In this document: positions 28,896 to 42,258 of the stretch, piece after piece | Layout of the letters: every line of letters starts with the position of its first letter | Numbering within the stretch: the first letter of the stretch is position 1 | Source: Bdellovibrionales bacterium | Lineage (GTDB): Bacteria; Bdellovibrionota; Bdellovibrionia; Bdellovibrionales; UBA1609 | Direction of reading: 5' to 3' | DNA length: 64,000 nt | NCBI GenBank assembly: GCA_965219095.1 | Contig: OZ244719.1 | Coordinates: 482,142 to 546,141 of the forward strand | Translations under genes and position numbers: made by a program | The notes under the pieces: generated by a model | Seen by the model: only the letters and a program-made list of their open reading frames with translations | Databases searched by the model: none | What the model was told of the DNA's origin: nothing

Positions 28896-30016
28896 TACTT
28901 TAACCTCTGCTTCATTTCCTTTAAGTTAGCAAAGGAGCGTGAAATACGTCCTTGATGATGAGTTCTCAGGTTTGCTATGTATTTCACTCTTTGCTCTGCT
29001 ACATCAAAGGCTGCTTGGTGAGAGGTGATGTTTTTCTTTTTCGCTAAATCATAGACTTTCATTAAGTTATCATAAACTCTCAAAGTCTTTTCATTAGCTC
29101 TCACAGTAGAATAACCTTCAAGTTCAGCAAAAACATTCATAAGACCTCCAGCATTGATTACAAAATCAGGAGCATAAAGGATTCCTAACTCTTCAAGAGC
29201 TTTAGAGTGGTTTTTTTCATCAGCTAATTGGTTGTTTGCTCCTCCTGCCACAATTGAGGCCTTTAATTGTGTTATGGTTCTGTCGTTAATGACGGAACCT
29301 AAAGCACAGGGAGCAAAAACATCACATTCTGCGGAAATAATATGCTCAGGTTTTGTAGCCTCTAATCCATACTTTTCTGCTATATCTTGTGTTCTGTTCT
29401 CGTTGATGTCACTGATAATTACCTTAGCCTTTTTTTCCACTAAATATTGAACTAAAAAACTTCCCACCTGCCCTAAGCCCTGAACTGCTACACGTACTCC
29501 TTCTAGAGAATCGGTCTTAAGTTTTCTTTTCACAGAGGCTTTGATGCCCATAAGAACCCCATGAGCTGTATGGGGACTGGGATTTCCAGAACCTCCAAAA
29601 ACTTCAGGGATTCCCGTAACATAAGGGGTTTCCATAAAGATATATTCCATATCCTTGACCGTAGTTCCCACATCTTCTGCTGTAATGTAAAGGCCATTTA
29701 AAGAATTTACAAAAGTTCCAAAACTTCGAAGTAAAGCCTCTGACTTAGCTTTAGGGTCTCCTATGATCACAGCTTTTCCTCCTCCTAAGTTAAGACCTGC
29801 TACAGCTGCTTTATAAGTCATGCTTTTAGAAAGACGTAATACATCAATAAGAGCTTCTTTTTCGTTCTCATAGTTCCATATACGAAGGCCACCTAAAGCA
29901 GGTCCTAAGGTGGTGTTATGGATCGCAATAATACCCTTAAGTCCAATCTTCTTATCATTGATAAAAAGAACCTCCTCATGGCCACCACCTAACTCATCCA
30001 TCGTATCAAATACCAT
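28895..30016 (-). CDS. Glu/Leu/Phe/Val dehydrogenase (leucine dehydrogenase-like)
   Basis: GPALGG, GGGKAV, TAEDVG, QGLGQVG, PCALG, GGANNQL, NAGG. Confidence 0.93.
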   Translation of the reverse strand: MVFDTMDELGGGHEEVLFINDKKIGLKGIIAIHNTTLGPALGGLRIWNYENEKEALIDVLRLSKSMTYKAAVAGLNLGGGKAVIIGDPKAKSEALLRSFGTFVNSLNGLYITAEDVGTTVKDMEYIFMETPYVTGIPEVFGGSGNPSPHTAHGVLMGIKASVKRKLKTDSLEGVRVAVQGLGQVGSFLVQYLVEKKAKVIISDINENRTQDIAEKYGLEATKPEHIISAECDVFAPCALGSVINDRTITQLKASIVAGGANNQLADEKNHSKALEELGILYAPDFVINAGGLMNVFAELEGYSTVRANEKTLRVYDNLMKVYDLAKKKNITSHQAAFDVAEQRVKYIANLRTHHQGRISRSFANLKEMKQRLK

Positions 30017-30362
30017 ATGCTCTCCCTTACTTTACAAAATCATAAAAAAAATTAGTCTTTAGAGCAAGTCTTTATAACAGGAAAAAGGAAGATAAAGGAG
30101 TTTATTTATTAAAAAAACTTCCAAAAGGCCTTTTTGATAACAGATGAGTCAAAAGATTTGGGGGGTATTATTTAAAAACCTAAGGATTCTTAAATCTTAG
30201 CGAAGAATCTTAAAAGTTTTTATGATTAAAAACCTTTTTAATAGCTTCACATCTCGTATGAGAAGTTTTTCCTAGTCTGTATAGTCTTTGAATTTTAGCG
30301 AAATTTTAGCTCAAACTCCCCTTTTTTTTGACTTTTTCCTACAAAGAGCTTAAAAAATAAGG

Positions 30363-30866
30363 ATGTCATCAAAACTGCCTTTTATCTTTCTCAATAGAAT
30401 GTCTCAAAAGGAAGAAAGCTTTTGTTTTTCTTCAAAAAAAGTCTCCTTTCTCATTGACCCCTATATCAGAAAAGTTATTCCTTACCCTAAGGATTACGAA
30501 ATCACCTTTACTATTAGTCCATTATCAAGGGTTTATGAGGTTTCAGGTGAGATAAAAACCTCTTTTCCTTTAGAATGTGTAGTCTGTTTGAGGGCTTATG
30601 AAGAGCCTTTAGAGAAAGTTTTTTGCGAAATTTGGTCCCCTCCTTCTCAGAACTCCCATTTTTCAGAGCGTCATTTACTTGGTGATTGCAGGAAAAAAAA
30701 AGATCTGTCTTATTTTCAGCCTCTAAAAAGTTTTAAAGTGAATTTAGGGAAGTGGTTGGAGGAGCTTCTTTTAAGCCTTAAACCCTCTTACCCTAAACCT
30801 CTTGATTGTGATGACAATTGTATTTATAGAAGAGAGTTCATGTCTTATACCAATTACAGAAATTAA
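30363..30866 (+). CDS. YceD/DUF177 protein; C-terminus replaced by an IS630 end
   Basis: V.G.I......CVVCL.....L and P.YPKP..C...C; last codons are the IS end tataccaattacagaaattaa. Confidence 0.65.
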   Translation: MSSKLPFIFLNRMSQKEESFCFSSKKVSFLIDPYIRKVIPYPKDYEITFTISPLSRVYEVSGEIKTSFPLECVVCLRAYEEPLEKVFCEIWSPPSQNSHFSERHLLGDCRKKKDLSYFQPLKSFKVNLGKWLEELLLSLKPSYPKPLDCDDNCIYRREFMSYTNYRN

Positions 30867-30869
30867 TCC

Positions 30870-33191
30870 AAGGTACAAGAAAAGATAAGCATTGGAATGC
30901 CCTTCTCAAGTGCTGTGTTCTTGCAAGGTTTTTAGAGCCTTCAAGTAAGTTAAGAGCTGTTGATTTAATTTTAAACCGCTTTCAGGAAAAGTTTACTCAT
31001 GATCAAGTTTTAAAGATGATGGATCATCTTTCAAATTCGGAGGAGAGACTTAAGTCAAAGCTTTCTGGTGTGATGTTAAAACGAAGTCAAGGCATGGAGG
31101 TCTTACTTTTTGACGTAACCACCTTATTTTGAGAGCATCATAGAGAGTGATATAAAAACCTTTGGTTACAGTAAAGATGCTAAGTTTAAGGGGGTCCAGG
31201 TTGTTTTAGCCCTTATGACAGATACGGATGGTCTTCCCATAAATTATGAGATTTACCCTGGAAATATGTCAGAAACAAAGACCTTCATACCTTGTCTTGA
31301 GAAGACCCAGAAAAAATACAATTTAAAAAAGATAAGAGTGACAGCAGATAAGGCAATGTTTTCAAAAAAAAATCTCTCTTATTTTGATAGCAGTTCCTTT
31401 TCCATGGAGTATATTATACCAATTACAGAAATTAATTCGACATTTTTATGTTCAAATTTAAAATTTTAAAATTGACTTAAGGAAAAGTTTCAATTAGGAG
31501 GCTTTAAAAAAGTTTTTTTTGAAGGGAGGTTGAGTTTTCATAAGATATGTTTATTTTATGTATATCTATTGTTGTGTGAATCGATTGATGGGTTAAAATA
31601 AGTGTAAAAAAGTGAGGTTAAGATGTAAAATGAAAAAAATCAGTTACGCAATTTAATTTATAGGTTCAAATTAATTTACAAGCTTGATTCATCTTGTTGT
31701 TTTGCCCAAGATCGAGTGCATAATTTTTTAATCCTGCCCTCCTGATCGCAAAAAGTATTCCAGGCCTCACAACAAGTATTCAGTATATGGTCATAGTTTT
31801 TAAAACATGCATTCGATAATTTGATCCTTCGTAATTGTTGCCAGACTTGTTCCATGGGATTTAATTCTGGACTATAAGGAGGTAAAGGCATCAGGGATAA
31901 ATTCTTAGGAACTATCAAAGTCTCTGTGGTATGCCAACTGGCTCTGTCCATTAAAACAATTCCATGATAGTTTTCTTGAATATTTTTAGATATCTTATCT
32001 AAGTGAATTTGCATCATCCCTGAATTACATTCCGGTAAAACCCAAGCACAGCCTTTATCTTTATCCGGACAAACTGCTCCAAAAATATAAGTGGATAAAA
32101 ATTGTCTTTGTCTCACAACTCTAGGTCGTGTGCCTTTTCTTGCCCAAATCCTGCTTAAAGAACCTTGCTGGCCTATTCTGCATTCATCCTGCCACCAAAT
32201 CTCTATTTTATGAGTCTGAATCTTTTCCTTTATTTTCTCCACCTCTTCTGGAAAATGTTCCTTAAACTGTTCCATAGCTTCTTGTGAACTTTTAGGATGA
32301 AGAGAACGACCACTGATCCATACAATATTAAGACGGTCTAAAAGAGCATAAACCCCAGAAAGAGAATAGCAACAGTCAAATTCATTTGCTAAAAGTTCCT
32401 GTATTCCCTTTGCTCCTATGCTTCCTCCTTCTCTCTTGTCTTGAATTTCATCTAACTTGATTTTGAAGTTCTCTTCTTCTGTCACTGGTAAACGAGGCTT
32501 GCGCCCTCTGCCTTCTCGATCTATCAATCCCTCGTAATCAAAGTCTACAAAAAAAGACTGTAACCAAGATTTGATACTGTGACGGTGATACAAAACCATA
32601 CCTGCTGTTTCTTGAATCGATTTTCCTTCTTGCATATGCTGCAAAGCTTGGAGTTTTATCTTGATGTTGGCACTTCTTTCTACTTTGTAAGTAGCTAGAA
32701 AATCATACCCTTGAATTTGTGTAACTAAATCTTTTTTCGACACTCTAAAAATTTAACAGAGTTTGATCAAAAAGCCAGGACGCTATGCGTTAAAAGAATG
32801 TCGAATTAATTTTTGGAAATGGTATTATATCCTGTCCCTTGAGGAAGATGTCTGAAAAGATAAAGAAAGAAATTTTAGACAAAAAAAATTATAGTACAAT
32901 CAATGAAGATAAGAGGGTTTTTAAATTTTCTTATGAACAAAAAGATGTCTTTGTGATTCACTCTGAGAAAAGGTCAGCTCATGATAGAAAAAAAAGAGAA
33001 AAGATACTTGAAATGATCACAAAAGCGCAGAACTCAAAGGGAGACATTCAAACAGAGAAACTGATTAAAAACAGAGGAATGAGTAAATATTTAGAGAAAG
33101 TTAAAAGCTCTACTCGACTGAATAAGGATAAAGTATTAGAGGATTGTCAGTGGTATGGAATTGTAGGAATTTGCACCAATATAAAAAACTT
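30870..33191 (+). pseudogene. IS1634-family transposase fragments interrupted by IS630
   Basis: FDVTTL, FGYSKD, GLPI.YEIYPGN.SE, TADKAM motifs. Confidence 0.75.
31415..32827 (-). mobile_element. IS630 family element (ORF 31676-32743)
   Basis: WQDE, MDRASWH, LPPYSPELNPMEQVW; terminal inverted repeats. Confidence 0.9.
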
Positions 33192-34710
33192 GCCTCCTCA
33201 AAAGAATCTGTGGGTTCCCGGAGGTTCTGGCAGTTTTCCAAGGTTATGATATAAGGCGATTTTTATAGCTTTAGAGGTTCTAAAGCCGTAAGATTTTCTC
33301 ATAGTGAGTTTTACTTTGTTGTTTAAACCCTCTACAATCCCTGAGGAGAAGGTTTTTTTAGCCTTGAAGTAATTAAGAATAAGTAGCTTATGTCTTCGTA
33401 TGGTTTTTGCTTCTCTTTTCATAGGTTCAATTTTTGAAAGCATGACTCGTCTCGTCCAACTGTCTATAAATTTACCAGCCCAAGTTGGTGAAACATAGGT
33501 CCATAACTGTCGGAAGTCTTCTTTTAAAAAATAACAGCGGATACTTTTTAAATTGTACTGTATTAAATGCCTTAATTTTACTTTTTCATAAGATTTTAAA
33601 TTTTCTGCATTTTTTAACAAGGGCCATCTAGCTTTTGTTAAAAGGGGTTCATACCCGTCTTCTTTCATTTTTTTGTGTTCTGAAGCTCTCACTTCGTCTA
33701 AAGCCTTATTGAGTCTTGCTACGATATGAAACCGATCTAATATGTGTAAAGCTCCACTTGCCCTCTCCTTTATGACTTTTAAATAAGGCTTCCACATATC
33801 AGAACACACAAACCGTATATCTTTTGACTTCTCTCCTAGTAAATCAAAGAATTTTCTAAAACTCTTTTCTGTTCTTTTTTCTCCTATCCATAGCAAACGA
33901 ACACTTTCTTTGCTTATTTCATAGACTAAGGTGAGATACTGATGGTTCTTTTTCCATTGTATTTCATCTACACCTATAGCTTGTATTCCCTTTAAAACCC
34001 TTTGTTTTAAACCATATTCTACGACCCATTCTACCGAAGCATAGACCTGATTCCAACTGACATGAAACTTACAAGAAACCTCTTTCCAAGACAGGTGACG
34101 ACACCAGTCAGCTAAGTACTTCATGTAAAAAATTGTTAGGTTTTTCTTCCCATCTGCCCAAGGTAAATACTCAACTTTTACTCCACAGCAAGAACAATTA
34201 ACTCTTCTTACAAAATAAACAAAAAACACCCTGTAACTTAAAATAGGAAGGGATTCAAAGTCCCGTGATGATTTACTGCTGTCATACACTGAACAGGGCT
34301 TCTTACAAACACTACAAAAAGCTTGGCCATTTTTACGAGCCTTAATAGGAACATTAATTGACTTTCTATCTTTTGAAAAATAAATGTCTTCGTACACAAA
34401 AGACTTCCATCTTAAACAATCATTTAGTATAGTCTTCAAAAGCATCTCTTCCCTCCTTTTTTTTTTTTTGAATAACATTTTAAGGCATCTGGGAAGTAGG
34501 TGCTTCTTTTTTAAAATTTTAATGTAATACAGCAAATAAAAGCAAATAAAATGAATGTTTTTGAGTTCAATCACCGGAGGTGATAGAGGCCAGTAAGGGC
34601 CTCAAAGAACTCAAAAATACAAGATAGGATGTCTTACTCTTACTTTGATTAATATGAGCCTTTTTGGGGGATTTCTACTACTTTTCACCCACAGATTCCC
34701 GGGAGGAGCC
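33192..34710 (-). mobile_element. Full-length ISL3 element
   Basis: Intact transposase; ends gcctcctcaaaagaatctgtggg / cccacagattcccgggaggagcc. Confidence 0.93.
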
Positions 34711-35790
34711 AAAAATATATATGATCTGTCCACAAAGGGAATCGTTTATGATGTGACCAATACTTATTTGTATGGGACAAAATGCCAGCTTGCTAAGCTT
34801 GGAAAAAGCAAGGATGGGAAATCAAAGCCTCTTATTCAAATAGGCCTTGCAACAACTCAAAAGGAAGGCATCCCCGTTTTTCATAAAACCTTCAATGGAA
34901 ACATACATGACAGTAAGGCTCTATTTTCTCTTATTAAAAGTTTTTCTAGCTATAATCTTCGCTCAGGTGTTTTTGTATCAGACAGAGGGGTAACATCTCG
35001 ACAGAATATAGAGGGGATAAAAGGCTTGGGGTGGAATAGCTTATGTGGTCTTCCTTTAAAAGATCGAGAAAAAAAAGTGCTTAGAAAAGCCCTAAAGACA
35101 AAACCTATAAGTCATGTTTCTAACATGGCAAGGCTTGGTAAAAACACTTTTTATATCAAGAGCTTTCCTTATAAGCTAGGTAAGATAAAAGGGAAGTTGG
35201 CTATTTGTTTCAATGAGCGCAGAAAAGTAGAGATAAAAGAATCCCGTCACCATGAGATAGAACATGCTCAAAACCAAATTCTTCAAGGAAAGCCTATAAA
35301 GACGGGCTTAGAAAAATACTTGACGTCTCAAGGAAGAATTAGAAAACAAGAATTAGAAAAGGCAGAAGAATTTGACGGCTATTTTTGTTTATTTTCTACA
35401 AAAAATATCCCTGACAGAGACATGTTAAAATTATATTTTGACAAAGATATTATAGAAAAAGCATTTAAGACTTTAAAAGGAATCACTCATCTGCGTCCGA
35501 TTCGACATTGGTTGTATAACCGAGTTATCGCTCATGTTTTTATATGTTATTTATCCTATCTTTTGCTGTCCGTTCTAAAGTTAAGTTTAAACAATCTTAA
35601 GATATCTCCTGAAGAAGCACTAAAAGAATTGGGAAGTGTGTACAAAGTTTATATGGAGGACAAGAAAAAACGCCATATGTTCTCTAAAATAGTCACATTG
35701 AGTAAATCTCAAGAAAAAATACTCAAAGCCGTGGATAAACACCTTGTAAAATGACAACTGTAGTGTATATTTTTAACACCGAATTTAGGT
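34711..35790 (+). pseudogene. IS1634 transposase 3' half
   Basis: YDVTNTY, GKSKDG, SDRG, IEKAFKTLK..LRPIRHW. Confidence 0.85.
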
Positions 35791-37406
35791 AAATGAGCTT
35801 AAGAAGAAAAAGGCCAAAGAAGATCAATTAAAGCTTTTTAATGATGAGCTACTTAGTAAGTTCAAGAAAATAGTATTTGGAAAATCCAGTGAAAAAAGAA
35901 AACTATCTTTTCGTAGTAGAAAGAAGCTTAAAAAGACAATTCTTCTTGAATCTGAGAGTTTAGTTCCTGCTCCTAAAGAAGGGGAGGTGAAGGCCTTAAA
36001 AGAGATAAGAGTAGATCATAAGCTCACAGACGAAGAACTTTCTGATATAGCACAGCAGTATGGTTATCCTAAGGACAGTGAGTGGGAGGAATTAAAGATT
36101 CAAGACGTGTCAGGAGAGGTTGATGTTCATGTAAGAAGCTATGTTAGAAAGAAGTATCATCTTTAGAAGTACCGTCTGAAGGCAAGCAAAGTGGGAGAAA
36201 AAGAGATCATAGTATCAGCTCCTGTTCCTAAGAAAATTGTTCCAGGATCTAAGTACTCCCCAAAATTTGCGGTAGAAGTAGCGAGTCAAAAGTACTTGTA
36301 TCACCTTCCTTTAGAGAGAGTAAGAAGAATGATGGAATCAGATGGTTTGAAGGTGAATTGTAGAACTCTTTATAATCTTTGTTATTTTGTGAGTTGTTAT
36401 TTAGAGCCTGTGAGAGAAAAGATCAAAGAGGAACTTCTTAAACTAGACAGAACGATTCATATTGATGAAACTCCATGGCCTATTAATAATTCACATCAAA
36501 AGGACGGCTACATGTTTGTTATAAGTCATCAGGGAGGAAGTTTTTATTACTTTAGTAGAGCCCTGTTAAAGAACTCTTAGGCTCTTATAAGGGGCCTATT
36601 TTAACAGATGGCTACGCTAGTTATAAAACACATTTTAAGGGTGAAAAGGGAATTGATCTTGCTTTTTGCTGGTCTCAGTGATAAGAAAGTTTATTGACAT
36701 AGAACAGAATTACCCTGAGGAGTGTGGAAAAGTATTAAAGCTTATGGGGAAGATTTTTAAAGTTGAATCAAAGGCAAAAACTTATGAAGAGCTCAAAAAT
36801 TTAAGACAAACAGAATCAAAGGATTTAGTTCTTTCTCTGCAAGATCTGTATTATAAACTTTATGGAGAAGCTCGTCCTGAGAGTGGGTTAAAAAAGGCTA
36901 TTGATTATAGCTTTAATCACTGGGATGGCTTAAATTTATTTTTAGAAAATGAGAAAATTCCTATGACAAACAATGAAGCAGAAAGAACGATTCGACATTC
37001 TGTGATGGGAAGAAAGAACTTTCATGGGTCAAGGACTCAGAGAGGAGCTGAAACAGCATCAGTACTTTACAGTATTGTGGAAAGTTGTAAGAAGGTGGAG
37101 TTAGATCCTAAGGACTATATTTTAATGGTTGTGGGAAACTCCCTCGATAAGATACCTATTAAAACGCCTTTTGAGTATACAAGTGAGCTTCGTTCTTAAA
37201 GAATAAAGCACAAAAAAAATCAAAATTACGAAAAAAAACTAAGAATTATTCTTTTAAGAACTTCTCTAATACTTTTGTAACGGGGAAGGCCTTAGGAAAA
37301 CGTCTTACAACGCCGTTTTACAACAAGATCAATAAAAACTTCTCCTTTAAAATCTAAGAAATATCCTCCTCAGTAGAAGTCAAGGGCTGTTAAAAAACCG
37401 ACTTAC
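35791..37406 (+). mobile_element. IS66 tnpC region, frameshifted, with right end
   Basis: YHLPLER, IDET, TDGY, TNNEAERTIR; ends ...accgacttac. Confidence 0.88.
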
Positions 37407-37890
37407 GATAAAGCTCGGCACAAACAGGAACATGAAACTTTTTTGTTGCGAACTGCCAAGACACAAGAGTTTGGCAATTATCAACTTTTCCACTCGCTCC
37501 ACAGTATTGTCTTCCAACACCAACAGAATGTTTGCCTTTTTTAGGAAAAGTAGTGTCATCAAAAATAAGAACGCCCTTTTTTAACTTTAGGTCTTTAAGA
37601 GATTTTGCAAAAAGCTTTTTCATTACAGAACGATGATCCCAAGGACTGTCTTTAACAAAATTTTGAAGAGAATCATAACTCACATTCTTTAAACGTTGAG
37701 ATATGGGCTGAATGGACTTTCGTTCCCCATCAAGTATCAAACCTGAAAGATAGTCATGGCAACAACGATGCCGATCAGAACGCCCCAGTTCCGAAGAAAA
37801 CACGGAAACAAAAGATGAAAGACTCTTCTTTATTTTTTTAACTCTGAATATCTCATACTCAACCCCTCCTTAGGTATCTTTGAGCCTATT
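37407..37890 (-). pseudogene. IS701 transposase 5' fragment
   Basis: YLSGL...ERKSIQP, IFDDT.FPKKGKHSVGV.RQYCG..GKVDNCQ. Confidence 0.85.
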
Positions 37891-37909
37891 ATAGCACAAC
37901 TTAATTCAC

Positions 37910-38374
37910 TTACCAAAGTAGCACTAAATAATCCATTGGGTTTATAACTTTTTTATCAATCATCAATTCAAAGTGAAGGTGCACTCCTTTTACTCGACCT
38001 GTACTCCCCATAAGACCGATAACTTCTGCTCTTTTCACTTTTTGTCCTGTTTTCACATAAATTTTATCCAAGTGAGCATATAAAGTCGCCCAAGGTTTTT
38101 TTTCTAAAATGATCATTTTTCCATAACCTCTATAACGTTTACCTGCAAAGATCACAACCCCCTTATGGGCCGCCAAAATAGGAGTTCCTCTTTGAGCAGC
38201 TAAATCAATACCTTCATGACGTTGTGAACGGTAAATGCTTTTCTTGAATCCACGAATGAATTTTGCTCTTTTCACAGGCCATTGAAGTTTTAAATCATAA
38301 GGTAAATAACGATAGGGAGGTTGAGAAGAACTGCAACCAAGAAAAATCAAGAATAAAAAGGAAAATTTCCACAT
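37910..38374 (-). CDS. M23 family metallopeptidase lipoprotein
   Basis: Lipobox FLGC; HEGIDL, YAHL, HLHFE. Confidence 0.9.
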   Translation of the reverse strand: MWKFSFLFLIFLGCSSSQPPYRYLPYDLKLQWPVKRAKFIRGFKKSIYRSQRHEGIDLAAQRGTPILAAHKGVVIFAGKRYRGYGKMIILEKKPWATLYAHLDKIYVKTGQKVKRAEVIGLMGSTGRVKGVHLHFELMIDKKVINPMDYLVLLW

Positions 38375-39585
38375 AATTCTTTGACTTCATTTCTTATTTT
38401 TTCTAGAAGCTTTTCATTTTTAAAATCTTTTAAAATTAAAGCAAGCCATTTTGCAATTTGCTTCATCTCATTTTCTTTCATTCCCCTTGTGGTCAAAGCA
38501 GGGGTACCAACACGAATGCCACTTGTGATAAAGGGGCTTCTTTTTTCATAAGGGACTGTATTTTTGTTTACAGTAATGCCGGCTTTATCCAAAGCCTCTT
38601 CAGCATTTTTTCCTGTTATCTTTTTAAGATTCGTTAAATCAATAAGTATTAAATGGTTATCTGTCCCTTTTGTGACAAGATCGAAACCTTCTGAAAGAAG
38701 GTTTTTTGCTAAAACTTTTGCATTTTTTAAAACTTGTTTCATATAAACTGTAAATTCTGAGTTTAAAGCTTCTTTAAAACTTACTGCTTTAGCTGCAATC
38801 ACATGTTCTAAAGGTCCTCCTTGAAGGCAGGGAAAGATTTTAGAGTTAATTTTTTTTGATTCACTTTCTTGACATAAAATAAGCCCTCCCCTAGGACCTC
38901 TTAACGTTTTATGAGTTGTGGATGTTACCACATGAGCATAAGGAATTGGTGAAGGGTGAAGTTTTGTAGCTACAAGCCCTGCAAAATGAGCCATATCCAC
39001 AAGTAAAAAAGCTCCTACTTCATCGCAAATCTCTCTAAAGATTTTAAAGTTTAAAACTCTAGGATAAGCACTATAACCTGCTATAATCATTTTAGGCTTA
39101 TGTTTTAAAGCTAAAGTGCGAATACGATCATAATCTAAAAGCAAAGTTTCTGGATGAAGTTCGTAAGAAACAGCTTCATACAAACGACCACTAAAATTCA
39201 CAGGACTTCCATGTGTTAAATGCCCTCCATGAGAAAGAGACATCCCTAAAATCTTATCCCTGGGCTCTAAGTAAGCCATATAAGCTGCCATATTGGCTTG
39301 AGATCCTGAATGAGCCTGCACATTTGCATGTTCGCACAAAAAAAGCTTTCTTGCTCTATCAATAGCAAGCTGCTCAATTTCATCAATAAATTCACAGCCT
39401 CCATAATACCTTTTACGAGGATAACCTTCAGCATACTTGTTAGTAAGCTCCGATCCCTGAGCCTCCATGACAGCTAAAGAAGTGTAATTTTCAGAAGCGA
39501 TCATTTCTAGGCCTAAACTCTGCCTTTGTTTTTCTTTTTCAATGAAGTCAAAAACTTCTTTGTCTGTATTTTCTAAAAAACTCAA
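38347..39585 (-). CDS. glyA: Serine hydroxymethyltransferase
   Basis: [24 protein letters not shown]. Confidence 0.97.
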   Translation of the reverse strand: MSFLENTDKEVFDFIEKEKQRQSLGLEMIASENYTSLAVMEAQGSELTNKYAEGYPRKRYYGGCEFIDEIEQLAIDRARKLFLCEHANVQAHSGSQANMAAYMAYLEPRDKILGMSLSHGGHLTHGSPVNFSGRLYEAVSYELHPETLLLDYDRIRTLALKHKPKMIIAGYSAYPRVLNFKIFREICDEVGAFLLVDMAHFAGLVATKLHPSPIPYAHVVTSTTHKTLRGPRGGLILCQESESKKINSKIFPCLQGGPLEHVIAAKAVSFKEALNSEFTVYMKQVLKNAKVLAKNLLSEGFDLVTKGTDNHLILIDLTNLKKITGKNAEEALDKAGITVNKNTVPYEKRSPFITSGIRVGTPALTTRGMKENEMKQIAKWLALILKDFKNEKLLEKIRNEVKELCGNFPFYS

Positions 39586-40037
39586 ACCAAAAAATCCTCC
39601 CCCTTAATATTGATTTTTTTCATTTTCTTTACTCTTCTTTCATGACGACCTCCTTCAAAAGGAGTTTTCAAGAACTCTGTCAAAATAGTTTGAGCTTCTT
39701 TTAAGGACACAAATTGTGAACCTAAACACAAAACATTGGCATTGTTATGCTGTCTTGCAAGGTGGGCTAAAGTTTTGTTAAAACAAAGGGCTGCTCTTAT
39801 ATGAGGGTAACGGTTAGCTGTCATAGCTATACCCTGACCTGATTTACAGATAAGAACTCCTTGAGGGCTTTGTTGATCTGCTTTAATTCCTTCACAAAGC
39901 TTTTGAGCATAATCAGGATAATCTACAGAAGCTTCATCATAACAGCCTAAATCCTTCCATTGAATTTCATTTACAACTTCCATAAGCTTCTTTTTTAAAA
40001 GAAATCCTCCATGATCTGAGGCTATCAATAATTTCAT
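39582..40037 (-). CDS. rpiB: Ribose-5-phosphate isomerase B
   Basis: ASDHGG, VDYPD, HNNANVL, FEGGRH. Confidence 0.95.
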   Translation of the reverse strand: MKLLIASDHGGFLLKKKLMEVVNEIQWKDLGCYDEASVDYPDYAQKLCEGIKADQQSPQGVLICKSGQGIAMTANRYPHIRAALCFNKTLAHLARQHNNANVLCLGSQFVSLKEAQTILTEFLKTPFEGGRHERRVKKMKKINIKGEDFLV

Positions 40038-41278
40038 ACTTCTCCCAACTTTTTAAAAATAAGACTTACATTGGTCCCTCCAAAACCAAAACTGTTTTTA
40101 AGAACATAATTAATTTTAACATCTCGAGCCTCTTTACCTATAAAATTTAAAACACAGTCGTCTAAAGGACTATCTAAGTTAACATTAGGATGAAGTTTTT
40201 GTTTTTTTAAAGACATAACACTCACAATACTTTCTATAGCCCCTGCAGCTCCTAAAGTATGCCCTATCATACCTTTCGTACTGTTAACTAAAACTTTATG
40301 ATCTTTAAACACCTTTTTTATAGCATAAGCTTCTGACAGATCACCTGAAGGGGTGCTGGTGCTGTGAGCATTAATAGAATCGATCTTGTCATAACAGATA
40401 TGAGCATCTCTTAAAGCTCTTGTCATAGCTAAAACAGCACCTTCTTGTGAGGGATTTGTTATATGATAGCCATCAGAAGAGGATCCATAACCTACAATTT
40501 CAGCATAAATAGGAGCCTTTCTTTTTTTTGCTCTTTCGTATTCTTCTAAAATAAAAATCCCACTTCCTTCACTCATCACAAAACCATCTCTATTCTTATC
40601 CCAAGGTCTTGAAGCACTCTTAGGATCAGAATTGGTCGACAAAGCCCTCATAGAAGTGAAACCTGAAAAAGCCAGAGGAGATAGACAAGCTTCTGTTCCC
40701 CCTGAAATCATCATATCACATCTATTATTTTTAATCATAAGATAACTTTCTCCTAAGGAGTGGCTTCCTGAAGCACAAGCTGAGGTGATGGAGTAATTAG
40801 GTCCTTTAAGCTTGTAACGAATTGTGATCTGACCAGATGCTAAGTTAGCAATCATAGCAGGGATCAAAAAACTAGTGACTTGTCTAAAATTACCCTCTTG
40901 AACAAACTTTGTTTGAGCTTCCATCAAAGGAAGTCCTCCTATTCCTACACCCACTATAGAACCTGTCACTTGAGCTTGAGCTTCATCAATTTCCTCTAAA
41001 CCACTGGATTTTAAAGCTTCTTTTGTAGCATAAAGGGCAAGAACAATAAAACGATCCATTTTTTTAACATCTTTTTTACTCACCACATTGAGAGGATCAA
41101 TTTCAACTGCACCTCCTATACGGACTTTCATTTCAGAAGGAAGATGGTCTAAGGTTTGAATTCCTGACTGGCCTTTTAAAAGATGACGCCAGCTTGTTTC
41201 TACATTTTGGCCTAGAGGGGTTACAGCACCTATTCCTGTAACAACAACCCTTCTTTCCTGCATAATAAAGTTTAACAA
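40034..41278 (-). CDS. fabF: 3-oxoacyl-ACP synthase II
   Basis: [28 protein letters not shown]. Confidence 0.95.
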   Translation of the reverse strand: MLNFIMQERRVVVTGIGAVTPLGQNVETSWRHLLKGQSGIQTLDHLPSEMKVRIGGAVEIDPLNVVSKKDVKKMDRFIVLALYATKEALKSSGLEEIDEAQAQVTGSIVGVGIGGLPLMEAQTKFVQEGNFRQVTSFLIPAMIANLASGQITIRYKLKGPNYSITSACASGSHSLGESYLMIKNNRCDMMISGGTEACLSPLAFSGFTSMRALSTNSDPKSASRPWDKNRDGFVMSEGSGIFILEEYERAKKRKAPIYAEIVGYGSSSDGYHITNPSQEGAVLAMTRALRDAHICYDKIDSINAHSTSTPSGDLSEAYAIKKVFKDHKVLVNSTKGMIGHTLGAAGAIESIVSVMSLKKQKLHPNVNLDSPLDDCVLNFIGKEARDVKINYVLKNSFGFGGTNVSLIFKKLGEV

Positions 41279-41499
41279 CCTTTATTTTTAAGATAATCTA
41301 TAAGATCTTGAACTGTTTTAATATTCTCTGTTTCTGATTCATCAATAGAAACTCCAAATTCAGTTTCCATGGCCATAATGAGTTCCACAAAATCCAAACT
41401 ATCAGCTTCTAAATCATTAATAAAAGAAGAGTTCATTTTAATAGTATTTTCTTCTATTCCCAATTGCTCAGCAATAATTTTTTTAGCTTTTTCTTCCAT
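41272..41499 (-). CDS. acpP: Acyl carrier protein
   Basis: ADSLD.VELIM. Confidence 0.95.
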   Translation of the reverse strand: MEEKAKKIIAEQLGIEENTIKMNSSFINDLEADSLDFVELIMAMETEFGVSIDESETENIKTVQDLIDYLKNKGC

Positions 41500-41514
41500 A
41501 CTTAACTCCTTTTT

Positions 41515-42258
41515 TTAATTCATGTACATTCCACCATTAACATGGAGGGTTTGTCCAGTAATATAACAAGACATTTCACTGAGTAAAAAGCTCACACTAT
41601 GAGCTATGTCTTGGCTTGTCCCTAATTTTTTCATAGGGATGAGAGAAGAAAGTTCTTTTTTGACCTTCTCAGTGAGTTGAGTGGTCATATCTGTTTGAAT
41701 GAAGCCAGGTGCTACACAATTGATCCGAATGTTTCGCGAAGCAACTTCCTTAGCTACCGATCGACTAAAGCCCTCAAGTCCTGCTTTACTGGCAACATAA
41801 TTAGCTTGGCCTGGATTTCCTGTACGAGCAACCACACTGGAGAGGTTCACAATAGACCCAGAACGTGCTTTTAACATAGGAGTTAAAGCCCTTTTGGTAC
41901 ACTCAAAGCTACCATAAAGATTAGTTTTTAAAATGTTATCAAAATCCTCTTCTTTCATTCTTAAAACAAGGCCATCTTTTGTAGCCCCTGCATTATTAAC
42001 TAAACCATCAAGCCTTCCTTCAAATTTTTCTAAAACCATTTGAAAAGTTTTATCAATGGATGGTATGGAGGAGTTGTTAAGCTGTGTGTAAAAATGCCCT
42101 TCTCCCTCTAATGCTATTAATACGTCTTTAATTTTGTCTTCATTTCGATTGTAAGTCAGGGCTAGTTTGGCTCCTTGTTGAGATAGAGTTTTAGCAATTT
42201 CAGCTCCAATCCCACGACTAGCCCCTGTAATCAGAAATCTCTTACCTTTATGGTTCAT
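41515..42258 (-). CDS. fabG: 3-oxoacyl-ACP reductase
   Basis: TGASRGIG, NNAG, YVASK. Confidence 0.95.
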   Translation of the reverse strand: MNHKGKRFLITGASRGIGAEIAKTLSQQGAKLALTYNRNEDKIKDVLIALEGEGHFYTQLNNSSIPSIDKTFQMVLEKFEGRLDGLVNNAGATKDGLVLRMKEEDFDNILKTNLYGSFECTKRALTPMLKARSGSIVNLSSVVARTGNPGQANYVASKAGLEGFSRSVAKEVASRNIRINCVAPGFIQTDMTTQLTEKVKKELSSLIPMKKLGTSQDIAHSVSFLLSEMSCYITGQTLHVNGGMYMN